DNA of 63,925 bases, filler included, from Perkinsus chesapeaki ATCC PRA-425 (taxonomy: Eukaryota; Protista; Perkinsozoa), in NCBI GenBank assembly GCA_013115145.1. It is 9 parts of 9 records of this genome, joined end to end, with 100 filler letters (N's around TTAATTAATTAA, not from the genome) between each part and the next. Parts side by side here need not be neighbours in the genome. Positions count along the whole stretch, not along the records: positions 1 to 24,144 come from JAAPAO010000552.1; positions 24,245 to 25,733 come from JAAPAO010001935.1; 7 more parts are not named here. One strand, 5' to 3'. The first letter of the stretch is position 1. Each line of letters begins with the position of its first letter. The position numbers were made by a program, and so were the translations under genes. Shown here in pieces: positions 12,701-24,365 of this stretch. Under the pieces are notes generated by a model. It did no database searches, was not told the DNA's origin, and saw nothing but the letters and a program-made list of their open reading frames with translations.

Positions 12701-15700
12701 CATTAGAGATAGAGCGCGGAGCGGCAAAACGATATAAGGAGCTGCTCATGGAGCTTGATCCACCCTCGAGAAGCGCTAAAGTGATTTTACTACCACGAGA
12801 TGCAAAGGCTATACCCCCGCTGCACACCGAATCGTTTTTGTACAGCGGGATTGATGAAGCGGACGATGAATCGAGTGGAGATGAGGATGGTAATACGAAA
12901 CTTGGCTTCTCTCATTCGTTAATAGTCCCTAGATCCTGAGGATCTGATCCTCGGCGAGCACATGATCGAACCATCCCTGCTGACCTCGAGGCGCAGTTCG
13001 GAGAGGAGAGCGTTTTTCTCGAGGCAACGGGGTTGCTCCTGGACGATTCCCTGCTCTGACTCAGAGCCTCTGAGCAACAGTGTGAAGGAGCGCGCCCGAT
13101 ATCATGAACCCCTGCGGACATTGGCATGCGAACAGGCAGTGCGCCAGGCAGAACGGGTAGAAGTGTGAGACCCCTGTCATGGATGCCCACTCTAGAGCTA
13201 CGGGTGACCAAGAGTAGACTATCAACTAACAATTCGAGCTAGTAGAGAGTGATCCGAGCAACAGTGTGAAGGAGCACACCCGGGTCACAGTTCATCGAAG
13301 TTGATGACATGAACCCCTGCGGACTACTCAATCCGAAAGCTATAGCACTCCAAAACTCGCCCTGCGCTGGCCGGAATGGAACGAGTCATAGGTGAAACCT
13401 CGACAACTTGAGAGTAGGGGCGAACGACAACCTACTCCAAGTCCATAGGGACCTAGCCAGTCCCGAATAGAGTCCGGACATCAGCTACAACGAGCCGCTA
13501 GGCCAGCAACTAGGCGCGCCAAAGAAAGTGGCCGAGAGAGCAATAAAGTGGCGCGCAGAGAAAAAAGTGGCGCGGGAAAAGCAGAAGGGGTAGATTCTGT
13601 CTGGAGGCAAGGCTGGAAAATCGAGGTTGATTATTCAGGTAACTTCACTCGATCTCGCGAGATTCTAGGCACCCATATGAACGGCCGTGGGTCAGCGCTA
13701 AGAGACCCCTATGAGCGCTAGTGTTAAAATACCTTTCTCCATGGGCCCATCCAGGCGTAGCCGAGGCTCTTGGAGCACGAGTGAGGAGCCGGCTGGGCCT
13801 TCACCCTTACCCTTGTCGGTTTCTGGGCGCATTGAAACTTGTAGGCTCTACAATGTCCAGTTGACTCGGATACCGTCGACTGTATTAGTAGATATAGTCC
13901 CTCGGACTGAAGAGAGGATCATGCGTTATCGACGACCTCATAGCGTCCGAATAATGCCGGCTATCTGGCGCAATTGTTACTCATTCGCCGGCGCATGGCG
14001 CCTCTTGCGCCGCTCCCCGCACGTTACGCGTGATTCGTGTGTACAGCTAATCGCCCTTGCGAGTGTTATGATAAGAGTCGACTAATTCTAAGGAGTTTCC
14101 CATTTACAATGTTCATTCCCATTCTACGTCCCACCATCTACTTCATAGTATGTAATATTATCGTATTCGGCATAAAAGAGCCCATCACACATCCCGATCC
14201 TGAGAGCTTGTCTGCTACTCGTCTACTCAACCATGAAACTAACTGCGGCTTCTGCAAGTTCTGCGCAGACACGGGTGGAGTTTTAGTGCCATTGGCTTGC
14301 ATTGGGATTTTTGTTGAGTGTGGTAGGGATGGTTACTTATGTGAAGGATGCTGTACCTAACACTCAGTCTAGAGTACGGGTTGCCCACCCGAATGTTATG
14401 AATGTCGAAGTCTATCCCGCAGAACTCATGCTCTCGGTTGCTCAGTCCATGCAGAACGCTGACCACGCTCAGAAGGATTTGCCTACGGTCGAGCCTGTCC
14501 ATCCCCTGTCCAACCAAAAGCTACAATTCTGGATGGTCTTGTCGGGCTCAGCCCTATGTAGTCTTAGCTATGCTTGCACTATGCGCGGCACGCGTTACGC
14601 ACGCTGCCGGCCGTCGGAGTGCATGTGTGTTTTTTCTTTGGGGCGCACAGGTGCTTTTTGCTCGCTCGTCGCCCAAAAGTGCTGTATGTAGCATAGCTAC
14701 GTAACACCTACATGGCTGCTCTTAGTCATTTACTCCCCATCTTCCCATCTTTCTGCGGCACCTAAACGGCATGGCGTTCAGTCCAGTCAATCCCTTACAC
14801 AGCCGTCAACTGGTAGCCACGTGTGCTTTCACATGGTGCGACTAGTCTGCCACGGGTGTGTACGCTCGCCCCGCACGGCGGTTTCAATTACGCGTTGTAA
14901 GGCCCCTGAGTTGCGATCGCTCCTCCCTATTTCTTAGAACGTAACAGATCGCGCCGACCGAATGGCTGCATGGTAAGAGTTCAAGTTCTGCTTATGAATA
15001 ACTTGTGGGATCTTGCTCCGCAGGCCCTCAACTCGAATGATTAAACTGAGTGCGCCGCGAAGCATCAATATCACTCAGGCAACCATACGAGCACGAGCTA
15101 CTGGTTTCGGATACACGGATCATTGCTATAACTGGTCATCAATCATTTATCCATGAAAAATTCTACCAGGTGGGCATTGGGACCTTCCAAGAGCCTGTAG
15201 GTGTGTGGGGCATTTATATCGCCCAATCCTGCTACGCGTGAAACACGCACACGGCCGGGTGCTAAGCCGGTAAGTCACTTCCGCGCTCGGCCAGCTGCGC
15301 CGTCGCTGAACGTCATTTGATTACTGCTCATTACCAAAATCCTGATGTTTCAAGCACACCCTCTACGAAGGCTTTCTGTCCGAGGTTCCAATTTCGAGCG
15401 TTGAGTTAATTATGTTGTTTCTTTTTCGCCATAAGTCCTCGCCGAGAACGTCGGAATCCGGGACTCGTCGGATTTGTCCCACTAGATGTGCTTCTTATCT
15501 AACCCGGTCACGCACTCCGAAAAACGTGGCGACGAACGAGCGCTGATTACACTCATAGACTTCGAGCAAGGCCCAACCGCGACCCAACTTTGGGGAGGGC
15601 GCTGGTGAGCATGCTTAGGCCTCAGCTCAGAGTGTTGCCCATCGAAGAGAGTCAATGAATAAGGAGTGGTGAAATTATAATGATGAAGTGAGAACAATGA

Positions 15701-18700
15701 TAAAATGTTAGAGAAGAAATAATGATAAAAATGTTAATAATAAAAATAATAAAAGAGGAATAATGATGAGAAGGTGAATAAGAATAGAGAAGGAATGATG
15801 AAAAAATAGAAGAACCATAAGGAGCATCTAGTAGTTCCAGAAATGTTACCTTTTTTCTCTGATACTTCATACTGAGCTGACAATCGCTGTGCCCGAACTC
15901 TTCCTTCGTATTCCAATCGAGTCAGTGAAAGAACCTTCGAAGTGAGCTGGTTCATTCGACACACTGCTGAGCATTCCGCAGAGTCGACCAGAGCGCTACT
16001 GGGCCTGACAGTAGAGAGTTAAATGCAATTAGTTTAAACAGTCAACGATTCACACTAAGAAAGCACCATCTAATTCACCAAAGCGATGCAAAATAGCAAT
16101 CCGGAAAGGCATTACAGCGAACTATTAATTTGGTATCTTAGGATGCTTTGAGCCACGCTAAAACATGCTCAAAAATCGCCCAAATTTATTAGGTTTCTCC
16201 CAAAGAGAATCCATTTTTGCACTCGAACCACGGGAGCACTCAACTGTGAAATCTCCTTCACTGCAGCGCAGCTCTCTCCGACTTCGAGCACTTCAGTGCG
16301 CCTATCAGCAACTGGTTCGGAGCTGGGAAAGATATCGGCGATGTTACATTCGCTCGAGTGTCAACTCGCCTTCGGACAATTTGGTCTCTAAGAATGCCTT
16401 TTCTTCATCCCACTTATTTTGGGCTGTCGTCCACTCCTCAAGTACCTACCCTATCAGATCGAAAAAAGTTTTCACCGAGAGAACTGCAATTATTAACACT
16501 TTTAACACACTAAAACTTTCACTTATTCAGTTACTGAAGAATTTCAATCGGATACCTACAAGTGCCTCATTACAGATGAGATATCTGACGTATCATATTA
16601 ACATCTGTATATGTTATAATATCCATTATTGCTACATAGTGTATAATAACATTCCACAACGATAATGATAAGTTAATAATGTGTAATAAACTAAGTCAAC
16701 TTGAGTTAATATTAATACTTATTCTGTGTAATAAACTAAGTCAACTTGAGTTAATATTAATACTTATGCTGTGTAATATTGTAAAGCTTGCAATTTCAAT
16801 AAATTAAAATAATAAAGCCAACCAGAATTAGAAAACACCTTTCATTAGGGAATCTTTCAAGTCCGGAATCGTTTCCGAACAATCTTCCAAGTTCCCTCGT
16901 TTGGGACACTGTGCTCGTTTTGCCAATAACCATAACCTTACCTGATGCAGCCTTCCAGCAACCCTTTCCTTCTCGGCCGTTCGTGCTCTCAAGTCTCTTT
17001 CGAGCTCCTCGCACGTCGCCCGAAGCTCGCCGATGCTGGCCTTCCGTTCGTCACAAAGAATTTCTAGGCGCGCGGTCTTTTCCTCTGCAGAGCGCATCTG
17101 AAAAAGTATTTCCCAGAAAACAGCATATCACGCTCCCACCTGGTCGCTGAGCTTTCTGTGTTCGGTTTGAGACTGCACCAGAAGCTCGTAGCGCGCCTGC
17201 TCCGCATCGTGCAGCTGTTTCCTCAGTTCGACGACAAGGGTAGAGCTCTCAACCTGAAGAAGATGCCAACTTTTACCACACCCTTGCAGCCACAACTTTT
17301 TACACTGCTTTTATCTCAGTGAAACACAATGAATAAGATCGTTTACATATGAGAAATATTTTTTCTGTTAAAAAAGCTGTAAAGATGCTTGAAAGAAATT
17401 TCGAAAAAAAACTAACGTTCCATTCTGTGGGGAACTTTTCTGAGTCCCGGCTTACCCGATCAAGTCCACGCATGAACTCTTTGAGCGGCCATGTCAACTG
17501 GAAATCCTCGGGAGTCTGGCACATCACTGTTGATTGTAGGGGGTGATTTCTGGAAATGAAGGAATAGGTGAAGAATAGGTAAAGAATAGGTTGAGAATAA
17601 GTAAAGAATAAGTAAAGAATAGGCAAGTAATAGGTAATAAAAAGGTAAAATAGATGGATGGATGAATAAAGAGAAAATAATGAAGTGACGGAATAAAGGA
17701 ACTGAAGGTAGAGGTGAAAGATGATGGGAATTCTTGGGTAAACCCGCTAGAAAGAGTATCACAAAGATTCTCACTTAGCCTGGATTGCTTCGAGTTCTTC
17801 AACAGCAGCAGCTTTCTGTCTTATCGCTTCCTTCTCTGCAAAGTGACAACGTTGATTCTCCAAAGTGAGCTCCGATACTCGTGCTGAAAAGCCACCGGAT
17901 GCCCAAACTCGGCATCCAAAGGCTCCGGAAAACGCAATCAACGTCTGCTGCCGACTGATCTAAATCGAGGGAAATTCCGGAAATTTTCCCAGAAAATTTT
18001 ACCAGGGCTAACAAATAACTGGTATGATTCGAGAGAAACACTGATCGAGAAAATAACGCAGAGTCAAAAATATATGCGAATGGGTGGCTACTCAACTGAC
18101 GGGGAAAATTCAGTGAAAAAGACTAGTGGCTAGTGCGAGGAAACCTTGGAAACTTCGATTTAACCTGTTTAGAGAGTTCTCCTCGCTGATTGCTGATTAA
18201 GTGTAAGATTGCCCTCAAAAATGTGTTCATGGGGAAAATAAAAGTATTATCCGTGGATTCGAAGCTTCAGATTAACTCTGACGCTTCAACTGCTGAAGCG
18301 CAACCGGAATATTACGGTCTACTTTGCAGTGCCGTTACTATAACGTAATTTTCTCAGTACGACGCCGTAACGTAGCTTCCCCGGTACGGCAACGTAACCT
18401 CATCCTGCCCATCCATAAACCGACGTTATTCATAATACCACATTTATCGTACATATCTACTAACGAGTACATAGCAAGTGTCTCACCTTCGAGATCCTTC
18501 AATGTCTTCTCCTGTACAGTCGATCGCGGTGGGCTTGCTTTCTTAACCTTGGCAATATGCTCACTTTCTTTTTCTGCCAAACGCTGTTTCGCCCTGAAAT
18601 TGGGTCACCAGACCCGGTGCGCGGCGCACCGTGCGCCTCAGCAGGTCACTTGTTCGCTTCTTCATTTAGTCGTTTAATTTCCGATTTTAACTTTGAGTTT

Positions 18701-20168
18701 TCGCCAAGTAATTTCTCTTCAACTGATCGATCCTCCGTTTGAACCTACAGCCTTCGACCTCCATCCAGCAATTATCGATGCTTAATGAACATTTGGCCGG
18801 TAATGCATATGTGCCCTACTGGTGGACACTGTACTGTATACCCGCTGAATCAGCGTCGCTGATAAACTACAAGTGGATGCCTTCAATATGCATATTAAAA
18901 ACGTATATTATAGTCTACCCCACATTAAACGCTTTACTGCATACTATTCCATGTATAATGAAACGGCTATATGATACGCTAGTCTACCTAAAAAGTTTTG
19001 AAGCTTTCCGAACGTTTTGAAGCGCCCCTTGATGGTCCGTGCAAAACTTGCTCGAGATTGCCGTACTTCAGACAAACGACACTCACGCTTTTCACAGCGG
19101 TGGTTCGCTTCATCCGATCGATCTTCTCCTGCAGGTACTTTTTATCTTCTTCGCTTTCAATAACGGATTTCTTTAACTTCTCAATTTGCAACCGTGCTGC
19201 CCCGTCAGCGCGTCTTAGTGTTTCGAATTCCGTTGCGGCTGCGTCGTTTAACTCTTGGAGACGATGAACCTTCCGGAAACTAGTAGGCAAGGAAACTGTG
19301 AGACTCGTGGGTCACGAGACAAGGAGGCACAATTAGCTTGCGATACCTTACGCAGCCTACTAGGTCGAAGGATGGAAGTCTATCAGTTGAGCAGTTGAAC
19401 TGTTCAACTAACAAACTTACGTCGATCACCTTTAACTTGAATTTGAATTTGAAGTTGACGTCAGTCTATCTTGAAGTCGCGTCTTGAACCGGAAGTTTTA
19501 AAGGTATTAGGAGCAGTTTCATCATGACACTCTCATGAACATTCCATATTTTGAACTGCGGTTTGACCGTCACAAATGGCTCATGGTGAACTAAGTGTAA
19601 AGATCAAACATTTTAATCCAAACTATAGATCCCACTTCAAGCTCCCTACAAGCCATCCAACCTGCCAGGATTTTCATGATGATATGAAGGCGAGGGTCAA
19701 ATACTAAAACATAATGTAAGAGTCTTCTTATGCACCATTATGCCAGTTTCACTGGGTAATGGTCTTACTAATAGTGGGAGTAAATGTATACAAGGTATTT
19801 GACCTGTTTGGGTTCGAAAGCTCAAATGAGAAAATGAAGGCTATGGCAATCCGGAATTGCTGGGCCAAGAAGATACAACTTCCGACGCCGATGACTGAAC
19901 ACGTGTTTGTTGCATAAATTTAGACACACTAACTCTCTGCCAGATCTTACCTCAGACTGAAGTTTCGCGCATTCCGTGAGAAGGCATTCGAATCTCGTTT
20001 GCAGTGCCGACTAGCAAGGATCCGGTTTATTCCAGCCGAGTGGAAACAGTCCTCACTTCTCGTTCTGCCGCCGCTTTTTTGTCTTCTTCCAGAGTAGCCT
20101 TCTCAACGGCCAATGCTTCTTTTTCTTCTTTCAGTTTCGACATCATTTCATCTTTACTTTGCAGTACC
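3760..20168 (-). CDS. Large multi-exon coiled-coil protein gene (dozens of exons; boundaries approximate; may be more than one gene)
   Basis: Successive minus-strand GT-AG-bounded exons with heptad/charged content. Examples: about 20040-20168 VLQSKDEMMSKLKEEKEALAVEKATLEEDKK; about 19010-19290 LQELNDAAATEFETLRRADGAARLQIEKLKK; about 16950-17100 ARLEILCDERKASIGELRATCEELERDL; about 11480-11720 QDSLDRLAVLHRQSESKHAALETDLKEK; about 10570-10790; about 6160-6400; about 4090-4300 EHVHRYNGLLKRVEVMAEQQK. Confidence 0.6.
8770..9410 (+). CDS. Protein-like, apparently spliced plus-strand sequence lying inside an intron of the minus-strand coiled-coil gene
   Basis: 120-codon ORF (8770-9132) followed by a short GT..AG segment and a further open stretch (TAEPSSKVTITVTLPTGSPRPTRLKLVDFLDQFRQDGLVRKMLLKYFNR...). 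It is flanked by minus-strand exons at about 8390-8510 and 9450-9590. Confidence 0.3.
10171..10305. repeat. 27-bp AT-rich tandem repeat, about 5 copies
   Basis: Unit TTATTTTTACCTCATTACATTTATATA read directly: four copies plus one degenerate copy. Confidence 0.95.
10895..11315. repeat. 23-bp minisatellite spanning an assembly gap
   Basis: Unit G(G/A)AGGGAACCCTATGACCACTAT. At least 14 visible head-to-tail copies with no spacers. Confidence 0.95.
13071..13580. repeat. Interspersed direct repeats, probably the non-coding part of a transposable element
   Basis: GAGCAACAGTGTGAAGGAGC...CATGAACCCCTGCGGAC occurs at about 13072-13118 and about 13256-13324 with a different internal spacer. Three AAAGTGGC(G/C) motifs follow at about 13525-13575. 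Confidence 0.5.
16680..16777. repeat. 45-bp tandem duplication
   Basis: TGTGTAATAAACTAAGTCAACTTGAGTTAATATTAATACTTAT(T/G)C occurs twice, followed by a partial third copy. Confidence 0.9.
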
Positions 20169-20484
20169 TAGAAACGCTTCGCTAGAATCTCGAAGTTCAG
20201 TCTCTCAACAGAGATACTGACCAGTGGCTTGCCAATTGAGTGAATTAAATTCACCCACGGCAAGGGCCAAGGCTGACAGCCCAATAAAGGATCCAGTGGG
20301 ATTTGCAGCTTACGCGAGAGAAACAAAACTCAACATGGATTTTGATAAGCTGCAAGCCACAACGAGAATGCTGTACGGTATTTTCGGGTTACTAATCTGT
20401 AATTACGACGAATTCTATCTAGCCGGTGAACAGGGCCTTATTGTACGGTGACGCGTGACACACGTCGTGTGTAGTCGGAATATC

Positions 20485-22420
20485 TTAGGTAGCATCTGTT
20501 AAGCGTCCCTGAACAGCAATGCAGATTGTAGGACCGATGATGCCAGAGAGGGCAAAGCGGAAGCTCAAACCGATGCCGGCCATGATAATGGCACTAAAAG
20601 AGGCTATTTGTGATGTGCTCAATTTCTTGATGTTCTTGAAACGATGCCATGACGGTGGGATGAAGTCTTTCCATGGATGGTCTAGGAAAGTCGGGCTGGT
20701 TTGAGCGCGGAATACCCTTTAATACAAACCGCATCCTTGTGGGCAATCTAGTTATTCCCGAGAATTTCATCCATCTAGGATCACATGATCCTTGTCCTCT
20801 AGAGTACCAAGCTGGGCACTCACAAACAGGGCCGGCGATAGGTCCCACCTAAGGACGTCAGACATGCTATGTCTTTTTTGAGGAAGTCAGACATCGTGAC
20901 AGCGGTAATCGTGGTCAAGGAAGATAGCCAGATGTAGAGACTTGGTTTTCCGATAAGACCACCACCTTAGTTAAGTAGGCGAGCATCGAGAGAGGGCTGA
21001 ACTCCTGGCTGTCGGACGAAGTCAGCAAAAGTCTTTTGCCAAAAGAGATCAACACCACTTCATGAAGGATTCGACCCAGTGATATAGCGAGAATACTTTC
21101 TTATGTTTGCCTAAGCGCCGTCTTAACTGCATTGGCATCTTCCAAATGTTTGACGTTGGTGTCAGCCGATGATGAAAGGGCAGTGTCTCCTCCGGTATAC
21201 TCCCGCACAGGCACATCCTCCGAATATGACTTTCGTAGGGGACTCGTATGACTTTTTCCGAAATAAGCCTAGATGGTGGGACCGGAATCGCAGCCTGCGA
21301 TTCGCAGGCACCCCAACATCAGAATTGAAAGTCGACTGGCATACCCAAATCGAGGGAACGAGTGGGCTACTTCTTGGAACAGGCAGAAGAAACAGTCTTG
21401 CAAGCTAGTGGAGCCGGAAGGATGCCTCAGCTCACCACAGTCAAGAGGACAGCTGTTGAATGTGGCTCTCCCGATTCTTCCTCGGCCCAACTTGAGCCGT
21501 CTTACCATAAGACTCTTACGTTTGTTAGCGAGTTGAATTATTTCCTTACCAGTAGCGCTGCTTCGCTCCGTCGGCTATGCTCTAGTTTCTCAGCTTGATA
21601 GTGCTGTAATGAGACTGAGGTCCTCTCAAGCACCATGTGATCATCTCCAGATGCCTCCATTGACAGCGGAGTTGGACTCAGAGTACTGAGTTGCTGTGAC
21701 CTTTGAGAATCTGTAAGTTCATGATAAAATATCTTGGTCTGCCATTGGTGGACTACCAAATGTAGACTTACCCTCATCACGGTGACAAAGAAGCTGTTTG
21801 AGCTGATCAATGGTTGCGGCTGACTTGTCTCTTTCCCTCGACACAGTGCCTGAATGAACCAACTGCGTCGCTAATGCAAAGAGGACTATCCGGTAGGTTT
21901 CGTCCTCTTATGACGAGTTATGCAATCGTACTTCTACTATACTACTACTAATATACTTTTCCAACTTGGTCGAAACGATCCTCGAATTTCCAGTACCTTG
22001 CGAGACTTACTATTAGTAACAACGGATGCTTATGGATTGGTCTCGCTTTTGGCTCGAATTCAGAAACATATAGACAGCGGTCGAAACGAATGGTAAATTA
22101 ATGGCTCTCAGACTTTTAGCTGGACCGAAAGAATCTCAACAAACCAGACTGTATACCAAGGGAGCATCTTGAAGTTGGATATCTTGAAGATACGCAACTT
22201 CTATTCGGACAATTCATATAAGCTCGCAACTATTAGCAATCAGAGAAAGGTTGATAAGCTAGCGCTTAACTAACCGGAGACAGACTAGTTGTGTTCGAAA
22301 ATATTACCTTCGAGCGCTGTGATCTTCTTCTTAATACTATTATTCTCGTCTTCACTAATCGCTAATCGTTTTCTTATCGTTGCTAACTCTTCTCGAAGTA
22401 TACATTCTACACTCTCCTTG
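20485..22420 (-). CDS. Multi-exon gene segment with N-terminal coiled-coil and a hydrophobic putative transmembrane region; may be separate from or spliced into the downstream coiled-coil gene
   Basis: Exons MGKESVECILREELATIRKRLAISEDENNSIKKKITALE (about 22300-22420), QHYQAEKLEHSRRSEAALL (about 21550-21740) and WKDFIPPSWHRFKNIKKLSTSQIASFSAIIMAGIGLSFRFALSGIIGPTICIAV (about 20510-20680), separated by short GT-AG introns. Confidence 0.4.
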
Positions 22421-22811
22421 CCCATCAAAAATGCTGTGTAAAACTATAGGGCAAGTCACCACAGTACAGTTAGACCATCAAGTCACTTAGGTGCAATAAG
22501 CAGCATGTATCACAGGCAGAGAGTGAACGCTGAGCAACGTTGATTTCAGAATAAAACAAAGAAAAATCGGTAAATCGAAAAATTCGGAGTTCTACCTCCT
22601 GGGAGGATCTGACTCCTGTTCATTAAATCAATTCTGGGATTCACAAATCGATTCTAGCATCGCATGCTAAGCGTAAACCGCAGTTCTGGAATCGATTCTG
22701 GATTTTAGAAACGGTTTATTGTTTATCGGCCCCTGAGATACTGAGTTTCCCAGAAGAATGTATAATATATTAAAAATTACAATTCGTGTGAAATCGTTTA
22801 CATTATGATAG

Positions 22812-23106
22812 TACAGGGTGATGCGAAAAAAAGGGCCCATGCCTCATATTTTTTTGGCGCGTGAGAGTTACGAGTGAAGTAAGGTACCAACTTGAAGCTC
22901 TTGGTGGGCTCTTTCTAATGCCCCATGAACCATTGCGATATTAGAATTAGGCTCTGAGTAATGGTTGAACAACAAAATCGTTACACAGAGAAATTGATGC
23001 CCTCAGATGTTCTGGGCTGCACGCGCGCTACACTGACACGATCAACGAGTATCTCCCTGCCAAAAAAATATGAGGCATGGGCCCTTTTTTTTTGCATCAC
23101 CCTGTA
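22812..23106. mobile_element. Tc1/mariner-type MITE (about 290 bp) with about 45-bp TIRs and TA target duplication
   Basis: Left end TA|CAGGGTGATGCGAAAAAAAGGGCCCATGCCTCATATTTTTTTGGC (22814-22858). Right end GCCAAAAAAATATGAGGCATGGGCCCTTTTTTTTTGCATCACCCTG|TA (23059-23104). No transposase ORF inside. Confidence 0.9.
22995..23061 (+). pseudogene. About 66-nt fragment of 18S (SSU) rRNA captured inside the MITE
   Basis: TGATGCCCTCAGATGTTCTGGGCTGCACGCGCGCTACACTGACACGATCAACGAGT matches the highly conserved eukaryotic SSU stretch GTGATGCCCTTAGATGTTCTGGGC(C/T)GCACGCGCGCTACACTGA with one mismatch over 42 nt. Flanking sequence is not rRNA. Confidence 0.9.
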
Positions 23107-24024
23107 AATATCTAATTGACTTATCAGTCGTTTTCGACTGAAGAGTTTCGAAAGCTAGACCGAAATCGACCGAAGCTAGTTTTCTAGCTCCCAGAGAAAA
23201 TATGTAATGTCATTCTGCAAAGCAGTTCATTAGTCCACTCCAAAGATGGCACCTTTCTCTTCATCACCCTTTCACATTTACTCCACACAATGCCACTTTA
23301 ACGTCAGAAACTGGCGTCAAAATAATAATGAGGATTAATAATATCAGAAATAATGAAACTGCAATTGATGTGTGAAAAAGTAACCACGACAATAGTAATG
23401 GTTATTCATAGAAAATTCCGTGTAGCACGTATCCGATTGCCGGCGCCGCTGCGGTGAAGGCTATAATCTGACCAAACAGGATTGAACACAACGGAGGGAA
23501 CAACACTATAGATTCGGAAGACCCTAAGTACCGTAGAAGGGTGACCGGAGACAGACGGCATGAAAGCCTGAGGCGACGTCTTATTAAGAAGCCTTCTCCG
23601 ACCGACAGTCGCGAAAATCATTTCTTGTAATGGACCGGTGAACCCGCGGCAGGGTCGAAATACGTGCTTCTGGTCGGCTCATCCCGTAAAAATTTGGACG
23701 AAAATTGACGATCAAATTCCGGGATACTTCAGCATTTCCCATAACTAACGAATGCTCCTACGAGAAGTCCGCGAGGCGACCATAGCGGATCACTAACAAA
23801 TAAGCCAACCCTCACTTGCCTGTTCGATCAAAAACGATTGATAACTTACCATATTGCCAACACTTCTCCTCGTGAATGGAAGCTTTTGCCGAGTCCAGCG
23901 TGAGTTTGACATGAGGACAACGTCGCATTTTCGCATAAATCCAAAACCTCGACGCACCTATTGTTGCCCTGAAACACAGATTTATCCATTTCCGATGAGT
24001 TGATTCATCGGAGGGCAGGAAAGC

Positions 24025-24144
24025 GTTACTAGTGATACGGAGGAGGAGATATAATAGAAAGGAGTTTGATAGGGAATATGTTACTAGTGATACGGAGGAG
24101 GAGATATAATAGAAAGGAGTTTGATAGGAAATATGTTACTAGTG
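24025..24144. repeat. 55-bp purine-rich tandem repeat running into a gap
   Basis: GTTACTAGTGATACGGAGGAGGAGATATAATAGAAAGGAGTTTGATAGG(G/A)AATAT starts at 24025 and 24080; a partial copy starts at 24135. Confidence 0.9.
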
Positions 24145-24244
24145 NNNNNNNNNNNNNNNNNNNNNNNNNNNNNNNNNNNNNNNNNNNNTTAATTAATTAA
24201 NNNNNNNNNNNNNNNNNNNNNNNNNNNNNNNNNNNNNNNNNNNN

Positions 24245-24365
24245 CATTCAGTACACTAAAAGTTCGTACACTTTCATTTCGTTCACCCCCATTTCATACA
24301 CCAAAATCTCAATCCACGCTTTTTCCGTACACGCATATCTCGTACACGTTCATTTCGTACACTGC
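24245..24365. repeat. Cluster of (C)GTACAC motifs, resembling DNA-transposon subterminal repeats
   Basis: AGTACAC, TTCGTACAC, CCGTACAC, CTCGTACAC and TTTCGTACAC occur within 120 bp next to a gap. Confidence 0.45.

Noticed and set aside
19393-19409. Shorter 1-nt-centre palindromes (19393-19409 and about 27657-27673, 8+1+8; 20458-20472, 7+1+7)
   Set aside because: Arms of 7-8 bp are expected a few times by chance in 64 kb; not counted as evidence on their own.
22995-23061. A functional rRNA gene
   Set aside because: Only about 66 nt match and they are enclosed by MITE TIRs; reported as a captured fragment instead.
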